DNA from: Chloroflexota bacterium
Lineage (GTDB): Bacteria; Chloroflexota; Chloroflexia; Chloroflexales; Herpetosiphonaceae
Direction of reading: 5' to 3'
Assembly: GCA_020161265.1 (NCBI GenBank)
Contig: JAIUOC010000003.1
Location: forward strand, 235,024 to 299,023
DNA length: 64,000 bases
The stretch's first letter is position 1; each line of letters opens with the position of its first letter. The translations under genes and the position numbers were made by a program. Below are positions 18,117 through 27,313 of the stretch, piece after piece. Below the pieces are notes generated by a model, which ran no database searches, was not told where the DNA came from, and saw only the letters and a list, made by a program, of their open reading frames with translations.

Positions 18117-18491
18117 ATGCTTCCAGAGACGCTACGCACCATCTATGGCGATCCGGATGCGGATGCAACGGAATTTGGCACCAAGTACTTTGTGTGGGGA
18201 ACACCGCCCGATCCGAACGCAGCATTACCCAGCACATCTCCGCAGCGACGGCTGTGCGGCGCACGCTTTACTTATCGGATTCGCCCTGGCGAAAGCAATC
18301 ATGAGTTCGAATCCCGCGTTGATGCGCTAGCCCTGAAATTCTTGAGCGGCAGCGGCACATTGTATATCGAAGGCGAAATGACCTTTAGTCGCCATCGCTA
18401 TACTGAAGCAGCCCTGACCCTGTATCATGCGCCCATTGTTGCCCCCATCGATGTGCCCAAAGTCCTTCGTCGTCCATCCGCTGCGGCCTAG
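18117..18491 (+). CDS. hypothetical protein
   Basis: Strong RBS GAGGAGGGG 3 nt before ATG 18117 (track ORF 18054 ignored). Confidence 0.4.
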   Translation: MLPETLRTIYGDPDADATEFGTKYFVWGTPPDPNAALPSTSPQRRLCGARFTYRIRPGESNHEFESRVDALALKFLSGSGTLYIEGEMTFSRHRYTEAALTLYHAPIVAPIDVPKVLRRPSAAA

Positions 18492-18546
18492 AGCGCCATA
18501 GCAGGAACAATCGAATCATTTGGATAGTCAGTAGTTACGAGACGCG

Positions 18547-18590
18547 GCTATCAACCCTCACCTGAGGGTTGGTGGCCGCTTTTTTTATGC
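18547..18590 (+). terminator. rho-independent terminator
   Basis: gcggc...caaccctca/tgagggttg...gccgc hairpin + TTTTTTT. Confidence 0.45.
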
Positions 18591-18609
18591 CCGTTGGAGG
18601 AACCCGCTC

Positions 18610-18972
18610 ATGACCGAAGGAGACTTGCTCAAAGTGTATGGCCCTAGCCTCTTTCTGGTGGGGTGGTTCCTCTACCGCGAAGTCTGGCCGTTGCTCAAAG
18701 AACGCCTGCGTCCTGACCTCGTGGCCCAACGCCGCAAGGCCGAAGCCCAAGCCGAAGCCAAGGTCTTGACCGCCTTTATCGACAACACCGCCGCCATGAC
18801 GGGGCTGAAGCACACGCTGGAGGTGGTGTCGGACGAAATGAGCCGCCTGCGCGAAGGGCAAGAAGTCCATACCCAGTTGTTAGCCGAGTTGTTTGGCTTT
18901 TTCCGGCAGCCGCGCCCCAGTCCCAATCCGAGCACGCGGCCACGCCCCAGCAAAAAAGGAGAGACCGTATGA
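18610..18972 (+). CDS. holin-like small membrane protein
   Basis: N-terminal TM (SLFLVGWFLY), charged C-terminus, immediately upstream of endolysin. Confidence 0.35.
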   Translation: MTEGDLLKVYGPSLFLVGWFLYREVWPLLKERLRPDLVAQRRKAEAQAEAKVLTAFIDNTAAMTGLKHTLEVVSDEMSRLREGQEVHTQLLAELFGFFRQPRPSPNPSTRPRPSKKGETV

Positions 18973-19337
18973 CCACCGCTGTTTCCGCCAGTTTGTTGAG
19001 TACCCTTGTGCAGCTGCTGCTCGCCGTGCTGGTGCCGCTGGCGCTCGCCGTCGCCGCGCGGATCGGTCGCCGCATCGCCCGGGCGCTGGAAGATAAAGCC
19101 ACCGCGCTGCTCAGTCGCGAAGAACGGGACACCCTCTATAGCGCGATCAAGGTGGGCCTGCGGGTGGCCCAAAGCTATGGCATTACGCCCGATGGGGTGC
19201 GTCACCAGATCGAAGCCAAGGGTGTGGAGGCCGCAAGTCGCTATCTGAACGAGCTGGGCTTGCACTTTGATCCGAAGTTTCTTGTTGACCTGTTGCATGC
19301 CGAATATCAGAAGCATTTTGGAGCACCCACGTCATGA
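18969..19337 (+). CDS. membrane protein (second holin/antiholin-like candidate)
   Basis: N-terminal TM LLSTLVQLLLAVLVPLALAVAA; overlapping start/stop with neighbours. Confidence 0.35.
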   Translation: MTTAVSASLLSTLVQLLLAVLVPLALAVAARIGRRIARALEDKATALLSREERDTLYSAIKVGLRVAQSYGITPDGVRHQIEAKGVEAASRYLNELGLHFDPKFLVDLLHAEYQKHFGAPTS

Positions 19338-20086
19338 CCTTCGTGATCGATCGGCGCTGGCGCAAACATCACCGTCCGGTTGGCACGGGCTGGGATTATC
19401 GCCCGAAAGGCATCAAGCCTAGCTCTGCCGTGATTCACACGACCAACGGCAATCGGGGTAGCAGCTTTGAAGCCGAGGCCGACTATTTGGAAGCCAGTAG
19501 CGGGGTGGGTGCGCATTATTTGGTTGGCCAACGCGGCCAGATTGCCGAGATTCTGCCGCCGATCTATCGCGCCTGGCATGCGGGAGCGGCCAAGGACGAT
19601 TGGATCAATAGTCGCTCGATTGGCATCGAATGCCATCACGCGGTTGGCGAGGCATGGACTCCCGAGCAACGCGCGGCCCTCGCATGGCTTTGCCAACGCC
19701 TGATGGCCGATTGGTCAATTGTCCTCGGCGCAATTGAAACCCATCGCTTTGTGGCTTTGCCTGCGGGACGCAAGCCTGATCCTTCCGACTGGACGGATCG
19801 CAGCTTCTATGACTGGCGAGCGGCCCTGATCGCTCCGGTCCAACCAGCTGGAACTTATCCGGTGGCGCTTGAACTCAAAGTGGCATGGCAAACCAGTGGC
19901 GGTCTGTGGCATGCGTCGCAGTTTGCCCCGGGCTATGCCCTGACTCCCTTCTTTCGCCATCCTGATGGCCATCAGTATCAACTCTTCGAGCGCAGTGGTG
20001 CACGCTTTACGCCCCACGGCAGCATCGAATGGTTGTTTACCGACGAAGTGGAACGCCTGAAACAGTGGTGGCACACCCACCCATAA
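19334..20086 (+). CDS. N-acetylmuramoyl-L-alanine amidase (Amidase_2/PGRP) endolysin
   Basis: AHYLVGQRGQIAEI ... AWHAG ... IGIECHHAV motifs. Confidence 0.7.
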   Translation: MTFVIDRRWRKHHRPVGTGWDYRPKGIKPSSAVIHTTNGNRGSSFEAEADYLEASSGVGAHYLVGQRGQIAEILPPIYRAWHAGAAKDDWINSRSIGIECHHAVGEAWTPEQRAALAWLCQRLMADWSIVLGAIETHRFVALPAGRKPDPSDWTDRSFYDWRAALIAPVQPAGTYPVALELKVAWQTSGGLWHASQFAPGYALTPFFRHPDGHQYQLFERSGARFTPHGSIEWLFTDEVERLKQWWHTHP

Positions 20087-20194
20087 TGTCGCTTTGGCGA
20101 CGATCAGCGGCGGTGCGGCTGCGCCGTGGGCGGGGCTAGAGCAGCAGAATGGCTGTGTTCCCCCGCCCCACCGCAAACTTTTCAAGGAGATCGC

Positions 20195-20476
20195 ATGCCA
20201 CGTCGCCTTCCGGCTGACCAAATCACACTGTTTTGGCAGGCCTACGATGCCAGTGGCAATGCAAGTGCAGCGGGGCGGATTGCGGGCCTGAGCAAAGACC
20301 AAGCCCATCGGTTGCTCAAGAAACGGGGTGAGCGTCCGGTGGCCACGGTCACGCGAGCGCAACTCGAAGCGGTGGTGCAGCAGGTCGAGACGCTAGCGAC
20401 TGAGGTGCAGGCTGTGCGCCAACGGCTGGTGCGGTTGGTCGCCTTGTTGCCAGCACCACCCATTTCGAATCACTAA
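20195..20476 (+). CDS. HTH-domain protein
   Basis: RBS AAGGAG; HTH SAAGRIAGLSKDQAHRLLKK. Confidence 0.4.
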   Translation: MPRRLPADQITLFWQAYDASGNASAAGRIAGLSKDQAHRLLKKRGERPVATVTRAQLEAVVQQVETLATEVQAVRQRLVRLVALLPAPPISNH

Positions 20477-20527
20477 TCCATCGATACCGAATCATTTCGA
20501 ATCATTGTCGCATCACCTGAGGCTGCC

Positions 20528-21055
20528 ATGGGACGCAAAAGCACGATTACCGATGAGCTTGCCAACCAGCTGTTAGCCGCTGCCAAAGCGGGATCGAGCC
20601 AACGCCAGATCGCGCGGGACTTCGGCTTGTCGGTCAGTACCGTGCAGCGCTTTTTCGAATCACTGCCGACGGCGACCGCGCCAACGCTCATGCAGCATGC
20701 GGCGGTCGTCGAACGGGCTGGCTCGTCGCTCTGGGATAGTCGTGCGGCGCTCAGCGACAACTACCAACGGGCGCTCGATCTGGTGAGCAAGCTCGACGCG
20801 GGCATTGTCGAAGTCGATGGCGAGTACACCAGTCGCACGCCGATTGCCGTGCATGTCGCGGCGCTGCGCGAAGTGCGTGAACACATCAAAACCAGTTTGG
20901 CCATTCTCAAGTTATTGGTCGATGTTGATGAAGTGCGCCGCTTCCAACAAGCGGTGCTGACGGCGATTGGAGAGGCTGATGAATCGACCAAACAACGCAT
21001 CCTCGCGACCCTCCAAGCGCGACACGCTCTGGAGTTCCCTGTTTTCCGATCTTAG
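20528..21055 (+). CDS. terminase small subunit candidate (N-terminal HTH)
   Basis: SSQRQIARDFGLSVSTVQRFF HTH; directly upstream of TerL. Confidence 0.45.
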   Translation: MGRKSTITDELANQLLAAAKAGSSQRQIARDFGLSVSTVQRFFESLPTATAPTLMQHAAVVERAGSSLWDSRAALSDNYQRALDLVSKLDAGIVEVDGEYTSRTPIAVHVAALREVREHIKTSLAILKLLVDVDEVRRFQQAVLTAIGEADESTKQRILATLQARHALEFPVFRS

Positions 21056-22499
21056 CCTTGCCGTTGGTGGCAAACGCACGGTGTTGCCCTATGCCCATGA
21101 TCCGGTGGCCTATGCGCGCGAGGTGTTAGGGGAAGTTTGGTGGACGAAGCAGGAACAGATCGCGCGGTCGTTGCTCACGCCGCCGTATCGCACGTTGGTC
21201 AAAGCGTGTCATAAGGTTGGCAAAACCCACCTTGGGGGCGGCTTAGTCAACTGGTGGTACGACAGTTTTGATCCGGGGCTGGTGCTGACGACCGCCCCGA
21301 CCGATCGCCAAGTGCGTGACCTGCTTTGGAAGGAAGTCCGCATGCAGCGGCGTGGCCGCGCGGGCTTTACTGGCCCCAAGTCGCCCCGCTTGGAGAGTAC
21401 ACCCGACCATTTCGCCCATGGCTTCACGGCCAAAGATGGCGATTCGTTTCAAGGCCATCACTCACCGCACACCCTGTTCATCTTTGATGAGGCGGTGGGG
21501 GTGGCCAGTGTGTTTTGGGAAACCGCCGAATCGATGTTCAACGAGGGCGGCGCATGGCTGGCGATTTTCAATCCGACCGACACCAGCTCGCAAGCCTATG
21601 CTGAGGAATTGAGTGGGGGCTGGCATGTCATTTCGATGAGCGTGCTCGAGCATCCCAACATTCTAGCCGAATTGCAAGGCTTGCCGCCGCCGTTTCCCTC
21701 GGCGATTCGCCTGAGCCGTGTCGATACCTTGCTCAAAAAGTGGTGTCGCGCACTCAGTCCCGAAGAGCCAAAACGCGCCACGGATATTCACTGGCGCGAT
21801 GCCTGGTATCGGCCTGGACCGATCGCCGAAGCGCGGTTGTTGGGCCGTTGGCCATCGCAGGCGACCAACAATGTCTGGAGTGATGGCGCGTTTCAGGTGG
21901 CAGAAAGCCTGTTGTTGCCAGCCAGTGATGAACCGTGCGAGCTGGGCTGTGATGTGGCGCGGTATGGCGATGACTTTACCGAGATTCATGTGCGCCGTGG
22001 CGGCCACAGTCTCTATCACGAAGCGGCCAATGGCTGGAGCACGGTCGAAACCGCAGGGCGCTTGAAGCAATTGGCCAATGAATACGGGCGGCGGTGTGGG
22101 GTCGATGGTCGCGCGATTGCGGTCAAAATCGACGATGACGGCATCGGCGGCGGCGTGGTCGATCTCGCCGACGGCTATACCTTCCTCGGAGTCAGTGGGG
22201 CACGCACGGCCTACGATCCCGAGAAGTATCCCAATCGCCGCAGCGAATTATGGTTCAGCGTGGCCGAACGGGCGATGGAGCAACGCCTGAGCTTCGTTGC
22301 GCTCGATGCGGAAACGCGCCGCGAGCTGCGTCGCCAAGCGATGGCTCCCACGTGGAAGCAAGATAGTCAGGGACGGCGGGTCGTCGAGCCAAAAGCCGAC
22401 ACCAAGAAACGGATTAAGCGCAGTCCCGATGGCATGGATGCGGTCAATTTGGCCTATGCCCCCGCCCCGATCGTCAGTTTTGGCCCAAGTCTTTGGTAA
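20967..22499 (+). CDS. terminase large subunit (start uncertain; in-frame GTG at 21081 avoids the overlap)
   Basis: Walker A-like HKVGKT, Walker B LFIFDEA, C-terminal nuclease acidic motifs (DVARYGDDFTEIH). Confidence 0.7.
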   Translation: MERLMNRPNNASSRPSKRDTLWSSLFSDLSLAVGGKRTVLPYAHDPVAYAREVLGEVWWTKQEQIARSLLTPPYRTLVKACHKVGKTHLGGGLVNWWYDSFDPGLVLTTAPTDRQVRDLLWKEVRMQRRGRAGFTGPKSPRLESTPDHFAHGFTAKDGDSFQGHHSPHTLFIFDEAVGVASVFWETAESMFNEGGAWLAIFNPTDTSSQAYAEELSGGWHVISMSVLEHPNILAELQGLPPPFPSAIRLSRVDTLLKKWCRALSPEEPKRATDIHWRDAWYRPGPIAEARLLGRWPSQATNNVWSDGAFQVAESLLLPASDEPCELGCDVARYGDDFTEIHVRRGGHSLYHEAANGWSTVETAGRLKQLANEYGRRCGVDGRAIAVKIDDDGIGGGVVDLADGYTFLGVSGARTAYDPEKYPNRRSELWFSVAERAMEQRLSFVALDAETRRELRRQAMAPTWKQDSQGRRVVEPKADTKKRIKRSPDGMDAVNLAYAPAPIVSFGPSLW

Positions 22500-22512
22500 G
22501 AAAGCAGCAGAA

Positions 22513-23883
22513 ATGGGTATGTTTCCACCAACCGCCACCAGTAGCATCATTAGCCAGCACCTGCATGGGCAGCGCGTGGCTGATGATTTTCAGCGCTTGC
22601 AGCAGTTTCGCGCGGCGTGGGAAGCCTATCGCAAACAGGATACGCCCCCGCTGCCGATCGAAGCCGGACGACCCAACGACAACGTGCGGGTCAATCTGAT
22701 CAAGCTGATTGTCCAGACCTCAGTCTCGTTCTTGTTTGGCGATCAGGTGGCGTTTAGCGTGCCCGATGCCCCACCCGATGATCCACGCATCCAGTATCTT
22801 GATCGCATCTGGAATGCCGCCAAAAAGATGACGTGGCTCTACAAACAAGGCATCAACGGCAGCCTATGCGGCCACATCTTCGCGCGGATCTATCCCGAGC
22901 AGCCGCTGCCGCGCATCGTGATTCTCGATCCGGCGACCGTGACCGTGCGCTGGGCGGCGGACGATCTGGATCGGGTGGAATGCTACCTGATCGACTACAG
23001 CGCTTATGAATGGCAAGGCAACCACGAAGTGCTCGTCAGCATTCGCCAACGCATCGAGCGCACTGATACCGGCTGGCGCATTCTTGACCAACGGAGCCAG
23101 CCCGATAAACAGGCCTTCGAGACGTTGCATGAAGCACCGTGGCCCTATCCCTTTCCGCCGATCGTCGATAGCCAAAACCTCGCCGCGCCGAATGAATACT
23201 GGGGTGAGGCCGATATCACGCCCGACCTGATTGCCCTGGTCAACGCGGGCGATTTCACCTTATCCAACCAACAACGGATTGTGCGCTTCTATGCCCAGCC
23301 GCTGACCGTGGCCAAGGGGATGGACCCCGCGCAGCTCAAGCATGGACGCGACCGCACGGTCTTTATTCCGCCCAATGCCGACCTGAGCATTGTTGAGATG
23401 CAAAGCGAGTTAGCGGCTAGCCTTGACCATCACAGCCGCATCAAGAGCAGTATTCACGAAGTGGCCCAAACACCGGAGATTGCCACGGGCAAAGTCGAAG
23501 ATCTCGGCAACCTGAGCGGCTTAGCCTTGCAAATCCTGTATGGCCCCTTGCTGCAAAAGACCGTGCAAAAACGCATGCTCTATGGCGATTTCCTGAGCGA
23601 ACTCAATCGCCGCTTGCTGATGATTGGCGGCTTTCCCGAGACCACCACCACGGCGGTATGGGATTCCATGCTACCAGCTGATGGATTGAGTGAACGGAAT
23701 GTTGCCCTTATTGATCGCAAGCTTGGTGCAAGCGAAGCCACGATCCTGACCAAACTGGGCTATGACCCCGCCCATGAACGCGAGCAGCGGCAGGCCGAAA
23801 CGCCGCCCGACCATGACCCCATGACATCCAAAGGAGATGCTGATGATTCGAATCCTGATCCCGCAGCGCCTGCTGAACGCTGA
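22513..23883 (+). CDS. portal protein
   Basis: About 457 aa directly downstream of TerL; track ORF begins at 22297 but ATG 22513 follows the TerL stop. Confidence 0.5.
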   Translation: MGMFPPTATSSIISQHLHGQRVADDFQRLQQFRAAWEAYRKQDTPPLPIEAGRPNDNVRVNLIKLIVQTSVSFLFGDQVAFSVPDAPPDDPRIQYLDRIWNAAKKMTWLYKQGINGSLCGHIFARIYPEQPLPRIVILDPATVTVRWAADDLDRVECYLIDYSAYEWQGNHEVLVSIRQRIERTDTGWRILDQRSQPDKQAFETLHEAPWPYPFPPIVDSQNLAAPNEYWGEADITPDLIALVNAGDFTLSNQQRIVRFYAQPLTVAKGMDPAQLKHGRDRTVFIPPNADLSIVEMQSELAASLDHHSRIKSSIHEVAQTPEIATGKVEDLGNLSGLALQILYGPLLQKTVQKRMLYGDFLSELNRRLLMIGGFPETTTTAVWDSMLPADGLSERNVALIDRKLGASEATILTKLGYDPAHEREQRQAETPPDHDPMTSKGDADDSNPDPAAPAER

Positions 23884-24394
23884 TGATGGCGGGGGCAGTG
23901 GTAGTGATCCCACCCCACCTGCTGCACCACCAAGTCCCGCACCAGCGCCCGTGCTTTCACCAGCGCCGCAACCTGCCGCACCGCCACCCGCTGCTGATAC
24001 ACCAGACCTGCATGCGCGGTTGGCCACGTTGGAAACCCAACTCGAAGCCGATCGGGCGGCGTTGCGCAGCGAGCGCGGCGCTCGGCTGATTGAGCAAACC
24101 GCTGCGGCCCATGGCCTCGATGCAGGGTTGCTGGGGCGCTTGGTTACGCCGGAGTTTGATGAGCAGGGCCAACCCAAGCCGCTCGATGCCGCGATTGCCA
24201 GCTTGCTCACAACCTATCCCTACTTGGCCAAGCCAGCTGCTGGTGGAACGGCTGCGCCTGCGCCAATCGGAACCAGTCCGGCCAATCCGGCGCGGCCACC
24301 AGTCCTGACCAAGGCCGCGATTGAACGCATGACTCCCGAACAAATCAATACCAATTGGGATGCAATCCAAGCCTACTTAGCTCGCCAAGGCTAA
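23837..24394 (+). CDS. scaffolding-like protein (Pro/Ala-rich N-terminus, helical C-terminus)
   Basis: RBS AAGGAG; position between portal and capsid. Confidence 0.4.
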   Translation: MLMIRILIPQRLLNADDGGGSGSDPTPPAAPPSPAPAPVLSPAPQPAAPPPAADTPDLHARLATLETQLEADRAALRSERGARLIEQTAAAHGLDAGLLGRLVTPEFDEQGQPKPLDAAIASLLTTYPYLAKPAAGGTAAPAPIGTSPANPARPPVLTKAAIERMTPEQINTNWDAIQAYLARQG

Positions 24395-24430
24395 GCATGA
24401 GCACGCATGGCGTGTCAGAAAGGAACCGAT

Positions 24431-25282
24431 ATGGCGCTGAACAATTTCATTCCGGTGGTCTGGAGTGCGCGGATTCTCTCGAATCTGCATCGTGCCCATG
24501 TGTACGGGCAAGCAGGCGTGGTCAATCGCGAGTATGAAGGTGAGATTCGCGATGCGGGCGATACCGTCAAGATCAACAGCATTGGCCCGGTCACGATCGG
24601 CAATTACACCAAGAATACCAACATTGGCGACCCTGAAACCTTGACCGATGCCCAAATGACCTTGCTGATCAACCAAGCCAAATACTTCAACTTCCAAGTT
24701 GACGATATTGATCGCGCCCAACAAAAGCCCAGTGTGATGGATGAAGCGATGAAAGAAGCCAGTTATGGCCTGCGCGATGTCAGCGATGGCTTTATCGCCT
24801 CGCTCTATACGGGCGTGGCCGCTGGCAATGTGATTGGTAACGACACCACGCCTGTCACGCCCACCAGTGCCAATGCCTACGATTACTTGGTCGATTTGGG
24901 CACGCTGCTCGATGAGGCCAATGTGCCATCGGAAGGGCGCTGGACGATCGTGCCGCCATGGTTTCACGGCTTATTGCTCAAAGATGATCGCTTCGTCGGC
25001 GTTGGTTCAGCGAGCAGCGATCAGGTCTTGCGCAATGGCCAGATTGGCTCTGCTGCGGGGTTTAGCGTGTTGAAGTCGAATAGTGTGCCCAACGTGGCGG
25101 GAGCCAAATACAAGATTATGGCGGGTCACCCCATGGCGATCTCGTTTGCTGAGCAAATCGTCAAGGTTGAAGGCTATCGCCCGGAAAAGCGCTTTGCCGA
25201 TGCCGTGAAGGGCTTGCATGTCTATGGCGCGAAGGTCGTGCGGCCCACCGCCTTTGCCGTGATGACCGCCAATCGAAGCTAG
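24431..25282 (+). CDS. major capsid protein
   Basis: 283 aa; position and composition typical of HK97-fold capsid; RBS AAGGA. Confidence 0.5.
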   Translation: MALNNFIPVVWSARILSNLHRAHVYGQAGVVNREYEGEIRDAGDTVKINSIGPVTIGNYTKNTNIGDPETLTDAQMTLLINQAKYFNFQVDDIDRAQQKPSVMDEAMKEASYGLRDVSDGFIASLYTGVAAGNVIGNDTTPVTPTSANAYDYLVDLGTLLDEANVPSEGRWTIVPPWFHGLLLKDDRFVGVGSASSDQVLRNGQIGSAAGFSVLKSNSVPNVAGAKYKIMAGHPMAISFAEQIVKVEGYRPEKRFADAVKGLHVYGAKVVRPTAFAVMTANRS

Positions 25283-25319
25283 CACGGATGGGCTGTGACC
25301 TAGCAGAAGGAGTGCTCTA

Positions 25320-25478
25320 TGTGGGTGTTGAATACCGAAACCAATGTGACGTGGGAAGTCGATGGCGAGCTGGCGGAACGCCTCGCCGCCGATCCAGCTT
25401 ATCGTGTGGTCGATGCGCCGAGCGATGATGCCGCTGCGGAAGATGGGAAGCAGACCAAGAAAGCTTCCACAAAGTAAG
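25320..25478 (+). CDS. small head protein (52 aa)
   Basis: Short ORF with RBS GAAGGAG between capsid and connector genes (below the ORF-track size cut-off). Confidence 0.25.
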
Positions 25479-25489
25479 GATAGGCCGCC

Positions 25490-26077
25490 ATGCTGTATGT
25501 GAGTAGTGCTGAAGTTCAAGCGCAATTAGATGATGCACCCGCCGATCCTGACCTCATTGAACCCTATGTGGTGCGGGCCTCGGATATTGTGCGCTCGGCC
25601 TTACGGGTGCTGCTGCGTGATCCATCCTTTGAGTTTGTGCCCAATCCGGTGGCCACGATGCGCGTGGTCACCGGATTGCCGCTGCCGACCTTGACACTCG
25701 AAGCCCATGCGATTGGCAGTATTAGCCTGATTGAGCAACGGCTGCACGGCGCATGGGAACCGCTGGCGGCGACGGCGTGGCTCGAAGATGCACGCGGGGT
25801 GCTGCATGCGGACGCGGTGTGGGATGGCTATTGGGCCACGAGCTGGACGGATCATGCGCTCTATCGGATTACGGCCATCTGGGGCTATGGGGCCGTGCCG
25901 CCTGCGGTCGTCGATGTGGCGCTGCAGCTGACGATTAATCTCTATCGCTCGCGCACCACAGGCGGCATGATCGATAGCGTTGGCGTGCATGGGCAGGGCA
26001 CGACGCGGGTGGTGGCAGGCCTGACCAAGCAGCAGCTGGCGATTCTGGAGAGTGTGGTTGCGCCATGGCGAGCCTAA
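25490..26077 (+). CDS. head-tail connector (gp6-like) candidate
   Basis: Position in the morphogenesis operon. Confidence 0.35.
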   Translation: MLYVSSAEVQAQLDDAPADPDLIEPYVVRASDIVRSALRVLLRDPSFEFVPNPVATMRVVTGLPLPTLTLEAHAIGSISLIEQRLHGAWEPLAATAWLEDARGVLHADAVWDGYWATSWTDHALYRITAIWGYGAVPPAVVDVALQLTINLYRSRTTGGMIDSVGVHGQGTTRVVAGLTKQQLAILESVVAPWRA

Positions 26078-26538
26078 GAACCGTGGCGATGGCGCTCCAA
26101 CGCGGTGTGCCTGCCCCATGGCGGGCCGAGGTGCTGCAACGGGTGGTGCTGACGGTCAAAAGCGCGATCGAGCAGGCGACCCCGATCAAGGATGGCCACC
26201 TCAAGGCCAATACGCGCCATGAGATTCTGACCACAGGCGCAAAAGGCCGGATTTACAACCGCACGCCCTATGCCGTGTTTGTTCACGACGGCACGAAGCC
26301 GCATGTGATTCTGCCCAAATTCACCTCGCGCGAAGCCGCTCGCACGATCGGCGGCGGTGCGGCGCTGCTGGCGTTCCAGATTGGTGGCCGTTGGGTGCGC
26401 ACGCGGATGGTTCGCCACCCGGGCACACGCGCCAACCCGTTCATGCGGCGCGGCCTGACCGAGGCACGGCCCAGTCTGTCCTTACTGCTGAAGCTGGCCG
26501 CTGCTGACTTAATGAGCGAGTTACGAGGTCGCCCATGA
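26065..26538 (+). CDS. head-tail joining protein (HK97 gp10-like candidate)
   Basis: Gene order; overlapping start/stop. Confidence 0.35.
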   Translation: MASLRTVAMALQRGVPAPWRAEVLQRVVLTVKSAIEQATPIKDGHLKANTRHEILTTGAKGRIYNRTPYAVFVHDGTKPHVILPKFTSREAARTIGGGAALLAFQIGGRWVRTRMVRHPGTRANPFMRRGLTEARPSLSLLLKLAAADLMSELRGRP

Positions 26539-26984
26539 CGATCACCTATCAGGCCATTATTGACCAGCTACACCGACGTTTCGCCCTGCTACCGAGCTTG
26601 GTACGGCTGAATGCCAGTGGCCAGAATGTCGCTGTGTTGGCCGAAGAACCCAAGACGATCAGCCAATGCCCGACGCTCTACAGTTTGCTCGAGCACGTCA
26701 CCTATGCCCCCAGCACGCCCGTGGCGATCAGCGAGGTCGTGATTCTCTCGCGCCTCGTGGTCGCCGATGCAGGCAGCGATCGCTGTGAAGCCGCCGTGAT
26801 GCCCTATGTCTTTGACCTGCCTGCCACGATCAACGGTTCGTCAGAAGGGCGGCGCTTAGGCAACTGGATTGTCTTGCGGCGGGGGATTGCCACGGTCGAA
26901 CGGGCGGAAGCGGTGTGGGTGGCGATTGGCGGCAAGAACCTGTACCGAGCGCTCGATCTGTATACGAGGATTACCCTGCAATGA
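26535..26984 (+). CDS. tail completion/terminator candidate
   Basis: Gene order. Confidence 0.3.
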   Translation: MTITYQAIIDQLHRRFALLPSLVRLNASGQNVAVLAEEPKTISQCPTLYSLLEHVTYAPSTPVAISEVVILSRLVVADAGSDRCEAAVMPYVFDLPATINGSSEGRRLGNWIVLRRGIATVERAEAVWVAIGGKNLYRALDLYTRITLQ

Positions 26985-27313
26985 TCTATTTTACCTATGT
27001 GGCCACGCCCGATGACGGCTTTTTGCCGGGCATTCCCTTGGCTGACCTGACCGCGACCCACTGTATGCAGATGGCCGATTGGCAGCTGCGCAGTGTGGCC
27101 GCAGTGGCCATGTACCAGCCAACGCCTGCGGGTGTGGCGTATCTGGCGGAACGCTTGCCCGAACCCGAACCCGAGCCAGTACCGGAAATTCCGAGCGACC
27201 CAGAGCCACCTGCTGACCCTGAGCCACCCGCTGACCCTGAACCCGAGCCACCGATTGATCCTGAGCCAACGCCGACGGCGACCAGTGTGCGCCGCCGAGG
27301 AGGTGCTGCATGA
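26981..27313 (+). CDS. structural protein with (D)PEP(P/E) repeats
   Basis: PEPEPEPVPEIPSDPEPPADPEPPADPEPEPPIDPEP. Confidence 0.3.
   Translation: MIYFTYVATPDDGFLPGIPLADLTATHCMQMADWQLRSVAAVAMYQPTPAGVAYLAERLPEPEPEPVPEIPSDPEPPADPEPPADPEPEPPIDPEPTPTATSVRRRGGAA

Noticed and set aside
18672-19316. Long antisense ORFs throughout the GC-rich phage structural region (e.g. 18672..19316-, 19715..20362-, 23671..24210-, 24377..24967-, 25007..25525-, 28878..29444-, 30721..31485-, 32690..33388-, 33967..34794-)
   Set aside because: They overlap well-supported plus-strand phage genes, have Arg/Ala/Gly-rich low-complexity translations, and lack RBSs. This is the typical result of GC3 bias keeping the antisense frame open.
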